Positions 21,117 through 29,325 of a DNA stretch of 64,000 nucleotides are shown piece by piece. The DNA lies in NCBI GenBank assembly GCA_040954595.2, contig JBECUI020000025.1:248001-312000 (forward strand). Direction: 5' to 3'. Each line of letters begins with the position of its first letter. Position 1 is the stretch's first letter. The position numbers were made by a program, and so were the translations under genes. Origin of the DNA: Balanoglossus misakiensis. Lineage: Eukaryota; Animalia; Hemichordata. Below the pieces are notes generated by a model, which had not been told where the DNA came from, did no database searches, and saw only the letters and a program-made list of their open reading frames with translations.

Positions 21117-22052
21117 ATGGTAAATAAACAAGTAGTCATTCGGAAGATACAAGAAATATTTAATGAGTTAAACGAAATAAGTTTTATGATATATCCTGAT
21201 GAGAAAGAAGTCCTTGCTCGTTATAAACTACTATATAAAGATAAAGGCTATAGTAACGATACACAGGTAGCTTTTTCAAGAATACACTTACGATTGAACA
21301 CCTTATTTGAGTTTATGAATCAAAAAAGTAAATCAAATCGGCATTATAATGCAGAGGAAAGCAGGCAATTATTAAAAATAATTGAGAATATTTTTGAGTT
21401 GAAAAAATTATTTTTATATATGGGGCAAACATTTGATATTGATGACAGATATTCACGCACAATAACATATGTAAAAGAATTTCTAAAAGAAACGATGGGA
21501 AGCACTATACCAGATGACTATGAAGCAATAAAAATAGAAGATTTATCTCCAATTTGTACATTGACAGAAAGTTTGCTTATAAAAACGAATAATGAAGATA
21601 AAATTAATCGACCATTTGCACAAGAGCAATTAAAAAAAATTAAGGAGAAAATAAATGGAAATGATTATGATGGGGCAATAACAAATTGCAGGTCATTATT
21701 AGAATCTATCTATCAAGAAATATATAAAATAAAAAAGAATGAGCCCATGGAAACCAAAAGAAGTTTAATTGAAGATTGGAAAAAGGTTTCTTCCGTTTTA
21801 AACTTAAATCCTCAAGGGCATTCAAATGAATTTTTAAAACAAATTTTGAGCGGATTGAATTCAATCAATAATGGTCTTGCAAGTATGAGAAATACAATGT
21901 CTGATAGTCATAATCGGAAAATGAAGCCAGCGAGACATCATGCAGTTTTGGCACATAACGCTACTTTAACTATCGTAGATTTTTTATTTGATACATTAGA
22001 ATTTCAAAATAGCAAATCTAATAATAACACTAAGCCAACCTACCATGCCTAG
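21117..22052 (+). CDS. Abortive-infection family protein with Abi_C (HEPN-like) C-terminal domain
   Basis: GAITNCRSLLESI...QILSGLNSI..GLASMRNTMSDSH...PARHHA. Confidence 0.82.
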   Translation: MVNKQVVIRKIQEIFNELNEISFMIYPDEKEVLARYKLLYKDKGYSNDTQVAFSRIHLRLNTLFEFMNQKSKSNRHYNAEESRQLLKIIENIFELKKLFLYMGQTFDIDDRYSRTITYVKEFLKETMGSTIPDDYEAIKIEDLSPICTLTESLLIKTNNEDKINRPFAQEQLKKIKEKINGNDYDGAITNCRSLLESIYQEIYKIKKNEPMETKRSLIEDWKKVSSVLNLNPQGHSNEFLKQILSGLNSINNGLASMRNTMSDSHNRKMKPARHHAVLAHNATLTIVDFLFDTLEFQNSKSNNNTKPTYHA

Positions 22053-22188
22053 ATCCCTAAACAATAACATCATCATCTACGCCGACACGCAGGATAATAC
22101 AACAATTCAGGTTAAACTTGAGAACGAAATCGTATGGCTGACGCAGGAACAAATGGCAATTTTGTTTGATAAAGGCAGAAGCCAGTAA
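22045..22188 (+). pseudogene. Truncated RhuM-family N-terminus (47 aa)
   Basis: Translates MPRSLNNNIIIYADTQDNTTIQVKLENEIVWLTQEQMAILFDKGRSQ*, which has the VWLTQ..MA.LF signature. Confidence 0.8.
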
Positions 22189-22909
22189 TGCCATTGAACT
22201 CAAGCCGCAGGATGCCGATGCTTATACCAACCGTGGTAATGCAAAAAGAAATTTAGGACAATTTCAAGAAGCAATCAAGGATTACGACCAAGCCATAGTA
22301 CTCAATCCGCAGTATGCCGATGCTTATATCAACCGTGGTGCCACAAAGGCTGATTTAGGACAATACAAAGAGGCAAACAAGGATTACGACCAAGCAATAG
22401 TACTCAATCCGCGACTTGCCGAGGCTTATACCAATCGTGGCAATGCAAAAGCAAATTTAGGACAATACAAAGAGGCTATCGAAGATTACAACCAAGCTAT
22501 AGTACTTAATCCGCAATTGTTCGAGGCTTACAACAACCGAGGCATTGCCAAATCTGAGTTAGGAGAAAAGCAAGAGGCAATCAAAGATTTTGATAAAGCC
22601 ATTGAACTCAATCCGCGACTTGCCGAGGCTTATACCAACCATGGCAATGCAAAAAACTATTTAGAACAATACCAAGCAGCTATCGAAGATTACAACCAAG
22701 CCATTGAACTCAATCCGCAGGATGCCGCTGCTTACTATATGAAATCCTATGTCTATGCACTACAAAAGAAAAAACCAGAGGCATTCCAATATCTTGAAAC
22801 CGCTTTGCAAAAAGGTATGCCTGTAGACAGTGTTTTGGGAAAACAGGTATGGCAAGACTTTTTGCAAGACAAAGGGTTTACGCAAGTTATTGCAAAGTAT
22901 AAACAATGA
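22166..22909 (+). pseudogene. Headless TPR array (5 TPRs plus cap); 3' part of a third FRG-TPR-type gene
   Basis: Same TPR units and C-terminal cap as the two FRG-TPR genes, but no N-terminal domain and no convincing start. Confidence 0.75.
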
Positions 22910-23081
22910 GAGAACGTTACGTTGTTTGTATGCTACGGAAAGGGTGCAATAGATCTTGGCCATGAGTTGACGATGCGTTGACAATGAGCAGACAATGAAT
23001 TGACAGCGAGCAGACATGGAGAGTGGATTGGGTGGGAAGGCATAACAGGCTTTTAAGGACAATATAAGCGTGGTGTATTAG
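22910..23081 (+). repeat. Island linker element, copy 5 (six 11-bp subrepeats)
   Basis: Near-identical to copy 3. Confidence 0.95.
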
Positions 23082-23271
23082 CAAAGAGTATCTGTCTATA
23101 CAAAAAAGGATGACTGTGTATAGCAAAACAGTACAACATCCCGGTAATTGATGGCGGGTAAAGCATTTCCAAACACATAGACTGAGACAATTGCCAAACT
23201 CAAGGAATTGTTGCCCAATGTCATATTAAGGAGGTGCTAAAAGACATAAAAAGTATTATAATAATGATATT

Positions 23272-24444
23272 ATGAAAGTAGAAATAAAAAAAAGTCTTTT
23301 AGATTGGGCAATAACCCGCTCCGGCAAAGATATAGGAACATTGTTGGATAAATTTCCTGTACAACAGGGGAAATTTACACTGAAGCAATTAGAAGACTTT
23401 GCAAAATCTACGTTTACTCCCATAGGAATGTTTTTTTTAGATAATCCTCCAAAAGAAGCATTGCCTATTAATGATTTTCGTACATTTCCTGATCACCACC
23501 CCAAAGATCCCAGTGCAAACTTATTAGATACAATATACGACTGTCAACAAAAACAAGAATGGTATCGTTCTTATTGCAAACAACAAGGGTTTGATACATT
23601 AGAATTGTTGGGGAGATATACAACACAAGACGCACCGAAAACGGTAGCCAAATCCTTAAGCCAATGGTTTTGCTTTCACCACAAATACAGTAGTTGGCAA
23701 CAAGCATTTTCCGGACGGGTAAATCTAATAGAGGAAAAAGGAATGCTAGTTATATCCAGCGGGGTAGTAAAAGGGAATACGCATCGCTCTTTAAGTTTAG
23801 AAGAATGCAGAGGGTTTGCTTTAAGCGATGAGTATGCCCCATTCATCTTTGTTAACGCCAAGGACTCTGAAGCGGCAAGAAGTTTTACACTTATGCCCGA
23901 ATTAGCCCATATTGTAATAGCAGAAGATAGCATATCTAATGCTTATTCCTATGCACAGCCGGATAATGAAATTGAAAAATGGTGTAATCAAGTAGCCGCC
24001 GAAATTTTAGTGCCGGAAGATGAGTTCGGAGAACTATACCAACATAACTTAGATAATTTACATGATAACTTACAGGGGTTTGCCAAGCAATTTAAGGTGA
24101 GCACCTTAGTTATACTAGGGCGCATTAAAGATTTAGGTCGTATCAGCGAAAAGCAATTTTGGCAACTATTTAATCAAGAAAAAGAAAAAATAGAAGGTAT
24201 ACTAAAAAGCAAACAAGCCAATAAAGGGAGCAAAGGCAATTACTACAATAGCAAACCTACTAGCGTTAGTAAGAAGTTTATTAAAGCGCTGACTGCCAAT
24301 GCTTTAGAAGGTAATACTTTATATCGTGAAGCTATGCAGTTGCTTAATATTAAAAACATAAATACCTTTAACGAATTGGCAAAAAGACAACATCAATGGC
24401 TGAATAATGTACCTTTTAGAAAGACAACATCAATGGCTGAATAA
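23272..24444 (+). CDS. HTH + ImmA/IrrE metallopeptidase-family protein with altered Zn motif
   Basis: LLDWAITRSG, FTLKQLEDFAK, DFRT, RGFAL...PFIFVN, FTLMPELAH (HExxH appears as PExxH), EKWCNQVAAEILVP. Confidence 0.88.
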   Translation: MKVEIKKSLLDWAITRSGKDIGTLLDKFPVQQGKFTLKQLEDFAKSTFTPIGMFFLDNPPKEALPINDFRTFPDHHPKDPSANLLDTIYDCQQKQEWYRSYCKQQGFDTLELLGRYTTQDAPKTVAKSLSQWFCFHHKYSSWQQAFSGRVNLIEEKGMLVISSGVVKGNTHRSLSLEECRGFALSDEYAPFIFVNAKDSEAARSFTLMPELAHIVIAEDSISNAYSYAQPDNEIEKWCNQVAAEILVPEDEFGELYQHNLDNLHDNLQGFAKQFKVSTLVILGRIKDLGRISEKQFWQLFNQEKEKIEGILKSKQANKGSKGNYYNSKPTSVSKKFIKALTANALEGNTLYREAMQLLNIKNINTFNELAKRQHQWLNNVPFRKTTSMAE

Positions 24445-24512
24445 TGTACCTATTAGATAGTGATGTATTTATTCAAGCAAAAAGCATAATATTCCCGTTA
24501 TTGACGGCGGGG
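24444..24512 (+). pseudogene. DUF4411/PIN-type gene start fused to the end of an unrelated gene
   Basis: MYLLDSDVFIQAK overlaps the ImmA stop (TAATG), then switches to KHNIPVIDGG. Confidence 0.65.
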
Positions 24513-24525
24513 GGATGGCCCAAAA

Positions 24526-25611
24526 ATGAAGGTGTACGAAATGACAGATACAAAGTTAACACGATTGCCTCCGGATTTTGACGATAAAAACCCTGATTTA
24601 CTTCAGCAAATTATCTTGTCTTCAAGAACGTTAGGGGAATTAAAAGGGGTGATAAAAACCATTCCAAACGAAAACATATTATTAGATACACTTCTACTTA
24701 CAGAGGCAGAAGCCAGTAATGCCATTGAAAATATTATTACTACACAAGCGGAACTATATAGGGCAAGTATTGGCGATACGAGCGTTAGCCCAGCTACCAA
24801 GGAAGCAAAAAATTATGCCGACGCCGTGAAATACGGTTATAAATTGATAAAACAAAACAAACCACTAAGCATAAATGTTATAAAAGAAATCCAACAAATT
24901 AATTCTCCAAACCATAGTGAAATAAGGAAAATTCCCGGCACAATCCTAAAAAATATGCAAACAGGGCAAACTGTTTATACTCCTCCTCAAGATTATAATG
25001 AAATTACTAGTTTACTAAATAATTTAGAACAATTTATCAATGATAAAACCCTTTCATTACTTGACCCACTTATTAAGATGGCGATCATTCATTATCAATT
25101 TGAAAGTATTCATCCTTTTCACGATGGCAATGGTAGAATGGGTAGAATACTCAATATTCTATATCTCACACAAGAACAACTATTAGACTTACCTGTTTTA
25201 TATCTTAGCCAATATATTGTAAAGCATAAAAATGATTACTATCGCCTACTGCAAGAGGTAAGAGACAAAGGCAACTGGCAAGGGTGGTGTTATTGGCTTA
25301 TTGTTGGGGTAGAACAAACAGCTAAAAATACTATTTTAAGAGTCAATGCAATTAAAGAGTTGATGTTAAAATATAAAAAAGAAATCAAACAAAAGTATAA
25401 ATTTTATAGCCAAGATTTAATTAATCTGCTTTTTCGTTATCCTTACACTAAAATAAAATTTGTAGAACAGGAATTAAGAATAAAAAGACTTACCGCTACA
25501 AAATACTTAGATACCCTTGAGAAAGATAATTATGTGGAAAAAAGAAAACTAGGGCGAGAGAATTTTTACTTTAATATGCCTCTTATAGCGGTGTTAAAAG
25601 GAGATAATTAA
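24526..25611 (+). CDS. Fic-family protein (Fic_N + Fic + C-terminal wHTH)
   Basis: Canonical HPFHDGNGRMGR, EAEASNAIENI, C-terminal LTATKYLDTLEK. Confidence 0.95.
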   Translation: MKVYEMTDTKLTRLPPDFDDKNPDLLQQIILSSRTLGELKGVIKTIPNENILLDTLLLTEAEASNAIENIITTQAELYRASIGDTSVSPATKEAKNYADAVKYGYKLIKQNKPLSINVIKEIQQINSPNHSEIRKIPGTILKNMQTGQTVYTPPQDYNEITSLLNNLEQFINDKTLSLLDPLIKMAIIHYQFESIHPFHDGNGRMGRILNILYLTQEQLLDLPVLYLSQYIVKHKNDYYRLLQEVRDKGNWQGWCYWLIVGVEQTAKNTILRVNAIKELMLKYKKEIKQKYKFYSQDLINLLFRYPYTKIKFVEQELRIKRLTATKYLDTLEKDNYVEKRKLGRENFYFNMPLIAVLKGDN

Positions 25612-25620
25612 ATAACAAAT

Positions 25621-25833
25621 ATGCACAAGAAAATGAGGTTTTTTGTACATATAAAAAAACATGTATATAAAAATAGGGTTCTATATACATATTTAAAAAA
25701 CATGTATGTAAAAATAGGATTCTATATACATATTAAAAAAACATGTATATAAAAATAGGATTCTATATACATATTAAGAAAACATGTATATAAAAATAGG
25801 ATTCTATATACATATTAAAAACCATGTATGTAA
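25621..25833. repeat. Tandem 40-41-bp repeat of a 30-bp palindrome (5 full copies plus 1 half)
   Basis: ATGTATATAAAA-ATAGGA-TTCTATATACAT starting at 25621 (diverged), 25661, 25702, 25743 and 25784, with a half site at 25824. Confidence 0.93.
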
Positions 25834-25841
25834 TAATCCGT

Positions 25842-25889
25842 TGGAAAGGGTGCAATAGATCTTGACCATGAGTTGACAATGAGCAGACA
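25842..25889 (+). repeat. Island linker element, partial copy 6 (5' part)
   Basis: TGGAAAGGGTGCAATAGATCTTGACCATGAGTTGACAATGAGCAGACA. Confidence 0.9.
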
Positions 25890-25917
25890 AAAAATGCACT
25901 TTACCCGCAAGAATCCC

Positions 25918-27390
25918 CGCTCAAACTTCAAGCAAACGCACAGATTTCGCAGTAGTACGTTATACCTCCCCTGATGGGTGGGGGCTGTGGATGGGGGGCT
26001 TATACTAAATTTTAAGTATAAATTTAAGTAAAAATTATCAGAAGAAAGCACCCTACAAGATCAATTCCCTCGCTCAAACTTCAATCAAACAGCCTCTTTT
26101 TGTGGTAGTTATTGATGCCGCCCCTGATTAAGTGGGGTTGTGGATGGCGGAGTTCATACACAAATTTTAAGTATAATTTTAAGTAAAAATCACCAAAAGA
26201 AACCACCCTACAAGATCAATTCCCTCGCTCAAACTTCAATCAAACAGCCACTTTTTGTGGTAGTACGTTATACCACCCCTGAATGGGTGGGGGCTGTGGA
26301 TGGCGGAGTTCATACACAAAATTTAAGTATAATTTTAAGTAAAAATCACCAAAAGAAACCACCCTACAAGATCAATTCCCTCGCTCAAACTTCAATCAAA
26401 CAGGCACTTTTTGTGGTAGTACGTTATACCTCCCCTGATGGGTGGGGGCTGTGGATGGCAAAGCTCATACTAAATTTTAAGTATAATTTTAAGTAAAAAT
26501 TATCAGAATATCCTACCCTACAAAATCAATCCCTTCGCACAAACTTCAATCAAACAGCCACTTTTTGTGGTAGTACGTTATACCTCCCCTGATTAAGTGG
26601 GGCTGTGGCTGGCGGAGCTCATACTAAAATTTTAAGTATAATTTTAAGTAAAAATTATCAAAAGAAAGCACCCAACAAGATAAATTCCCTCGCTCAAACC
26701 TCAATCAAACTGCCGCTTTTTGTGGTAGTTTTTAATACCGCCCCTGAAGGGTGGGGGTTGTGGATGGCAAACTATATATAAATTTTCACTTAAACGTTAA
26801 GTTAAAACTGAAATAACCAACCCAACCCGCAAAAATATCCGCTCAAACTTCAAGCAAACAGCCTCTTTTCGCAGTAGTACGTTATACCACCCCTTGATGG
26901 GTGGGGGTTGTGGATGGGGAAAAACCTAACACAAATTTTAAGTAAAAAATTAAGTATAAATTGTGAGAAATGCCCCTACTGACACTATCCTCCCGCTCAA
27001 ACCTCAATCAAACAGCCACTTTTTGTGGTAGTTATTGATGCCGCCCCTGATGGGTGGGGGTTGTGGATGGGGAAAAACCTAACACAAATTTTAAGTAAAA
27101 AATTAAGTATAAATTGTGAGAAATGCCCTTACTGACACTATCCTCCCGCTCAAACCTCAATCAAACAGCCACTTTTTGTGGTAGTTATTGATGCCACCCC
27201 TGATGGGCGGGGGCTGTGGATGGCGGGGCTTATACTAAATTTTAAGTAAAAAATTAAGTATAAATTATCAAAAGAAAGCACCCAACAAGATCAATTCCCT
27301 CGCTCAAACCTCAATCAAACTGCCATATTTCGCAGTAATTCTTAATACCGCCCCTGAAGGGTGGGGGCTGTGGATGGCGGAGTTCATACA
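25918..27390 (+). repeat. Array 1: ten tandem ~154-bp hairpin-containing repeats
   Basis: Unit starts (CGCTCAAACYTCAAKCAAAC) at about 25918, 26071, 26226, 26382, 26536, 26691, 26840, 26994, 27147 and 27301. Confidence 0.95.
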
Positions 27391-27429
27391 AAAAAACAAG
27401 TCCCAGCCATAAACGGCCAGGACTTGTTT
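27390..27429 (-). terminator. Probable intrinsic terminator of the giant lipoprotein gene
   Basis: Stem AAACAAGTCC...GGACTTGTTT running into a T-run on the minus strand, about 10 bp after the stop. Confidence 0.65.
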
Positions 27430-27438
27430 CTATATTGC

Positions 27439-29325
27439 CTATTGCGCCTTGTACTCCAGCTGTTCCCCGAAATACTGCTTGTCATCCGTATCCCAGAGAC
27501 TCGGAAATCTACCGAACCCATACCAGACCCAGTCTCCCACCATTGCATCCTCCGGCACTGCGGTAGAGCCATAGATTGACCAATCGGTAAATATGACTTG
27601 ATCATCTGTTGGATCTCCCGTCGTTCCACTAGAATCGTAGTACGTATCAGTCCTTCTAACGATATTTGCCTCAGACGAAACCTCATGCGCATAACTGCCA
27701 TCCGGTAACGTTCCACTTCCTATTGCATTAAGTTGTCGCCCCGATGCATATTCAGTACCTGCCGCTGTTCTATCAAAGTGAGCATTCACCGAACCACTAA
27801 TATATCTCCCCACAACACCTCCAAACTGAGTATAAGTTCCGCCACTTCGACTGACTGTAGCAGTGCTGTAGCCGATTACATTCCCCCCACTATTAAAACC
27901 AATGAGACCGCCAACATCGAAACGTCCGGCTACACTACCAGTCATATAGCCAATTACTGTACTAAGTGTGTTGGTATAACCCATTAGTCCTCCTACTTCG
28001 CCACCGTCTTCACTGGTAACAGCCCCCGTTGCATATCCTGTTATGACTGAACTGATAGACGCAAATAAATAATCCCCCCCTACAAGACCACCTACAGTGA
28101 AATCGCCAGTTACATCTCCTGTTGTCCATCCAACTATCCTTGCACCATTCACCCTACCCACCAGTCCCCCGACATAGGTTTTCCCCCTCACTGTTGCTGC
28201 ACTATCAATACCGAACAACTTATTATTGCTACCAACAAAACCAACAATTCCTCCAGCATGACTGTCGTTCCTGAATACCGAGGTGGAAATGCTACTATTA
28301 ACATGCACTCCTGCCCGATCTTCTATTCGTACACTTACATTTTGTATAGCTATTTTAGATCGAAAACTATTGCCTAGTTCCCCCACAATAACCCCAACAT
28401 AGGAATTCACGTCGATATAGGGATCGATACATATCAGATCAGTAATTACCCCTACGCTATAACCAAAAATACCTGCTCTGTCCAGACTGGCATCATTAAT
28501 ATAGAAATCGCTGATAGCATAACGTGTTCCATCATCAGCAAGACCACTTAGACTTCCCTGAAAAGCGTTTGTGATGCTGGAACCAACCGGTACAAATCCG
28601 GAAATCGGGAATGAATAGCTCCCAGGTGGTGGGAATTGAATATCAGAACGGAGCCGATAGCTCCCGCTCAAATTATGCTGCATCGCCTGCAAGTCTCGCC
28701 AACTATAGAGATCACCACTGCTGCTTTTCGGTTTGTCAATAAATACCGGACCTGCTGTTCCGCCACTGTCAGTTACAGTTATCTCCATTCTTAGATTCGC
28801 AGGAATGCCTACCCAGTCGCTATACTGCAAGCCCAAGCCAATACCGACAATAGAACCACCGTTTTCGTCTGTTCCGGCAGTAATATCTGCCGCTTTGTTA
28901 TGCACTTCGGAATTATTCGCCGCATTGAGTACACGTACGTCTGCGGTTATTCCGGATGCATCGGCTACCCCCTCAATAATCCAGAGAAAGGCATTATCAA
29001 AGTCTCCAATGCTGAAATACTCCTGTGCCATTGCACCCATTTCAGGTTTATAGCTTAGAATAATACGGCTATCTGCTAAAACAATAATAGAAACAATACT
29101 CTCTATGCTTCCCGTATACTCTGTTACTGATGATGTCGCAGTAACCGTTAGGTTATAGGTATTTGCCGGTAGGGTATCAGCAATCGTTATGCTCCCGCTA
29201 CTTGCATCGACTGTAATGCCGGATGTCTGCGGATCGACAGCTGTGAGACTATAACTCACCTCTGCACGAATGTTATTATTCTGTATCGGAACAGTCTTAC
29301 CTGTTCCAAAGGGTATAATATCCAC
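27439..29325 (-). CDS. C-terminal part (GLUG/beta-helix-type domain) of the giant surface lipoprotein
   Basis: SWRDLQAM...Y.L.SDI...GFVPVG, repeated VGGLVG / Y.TG.V motifs. Joins the upstream ORF if one base at 29351-29353 is removed. Confidence 0.8.
   Translation of the reverse strand: MDIIPFGTGKTVPIQNNNIRAEVSYSLTAVDPQTSGITVDASSGSITIADTLPANTYNLTVTATSSVTEYTGSIESIVSIIVLADSRIILSYKPEMGAMAQEYFSIGDFDNAFLWIIEGVADASGITADVRVLNAANNSEVHNKAADITAGTDENGGSIVGIGLGLQYSDWVGIPANLRMEITVTDSGGTAGPVFIDKPKSSSGDLYSWRDLQAMQHNLSGSYRLRSDIQFPPPGSYSFPISGFVPVGSSITNAFQGSLSGLADDGTRYAISDFYINDASLDRAGIFGYSVGVITDLICIDPYIDVNSYVGVIVGELGNSFRSKIAIQNVSVRIEDRAGVHVNSSISTSVFRNDSHAGGIVGFVGSNNKLFGIDSAATVRGKTYVGGLVGRVNGARIVGWTTGDVTGDFTVGGLVGGDYLFASISSVITGYATGAVTSEDGGEVGGLMGYTNTLSTVIGYMTGSVAGRFDVGGLIGFNSGGNVIGYSTATVSRSGGTYTQFGGVVGRYISGSVNAHFDRTAAGTEYASGRQLNAIGSGTLPDGSYAHEVSSEANIVRRTDTYYDSSGTTGDPTDDQVIFTDWSIYGSTAVPEDAMVGDWVWYGFGRFPSLWDTDDKQYFGEQLEYKAQ

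Noticed and set aside
16809-22909. Diversity-generating retroelement acting on the TPR genes
   Set aside because: There is no reverse transcriptase, and differences between the repeated 3' ends are few and not adenine-specific.
18267-23062. Three similar minus-strand ORFs (18267-18668, 20710-21012, 22760-23062)
   Set aside because: They are antisense shadows of the repeated TPR cap plus linker.
25621-25833. 41-bp palindromic repeat as a mini-CRISPR
   Set aside because: The intervening segments are only 10-11 bp and nearly identical.
26140-26496. ORFs inside the repeat arrays (also 27361-27579 and 34631-35005)
   Set aside because: They are by-products of the repeat. Unit lengths are not consistently multiples of three and the frames break between units.
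25918-27390. 154-bp array as a CRISPR array
   Set aside because: The units are far longer than CRISPR repeats, the variable parts are mostly homologous to each other rather than unique spacers, and no cas genes are present.
16364-27390. Canonical integron
   Set aside because: There is no intI, and the invariant GTT of attC is absent from the linker and not conserved across the 154-bp units. Kept only as a resemblance.
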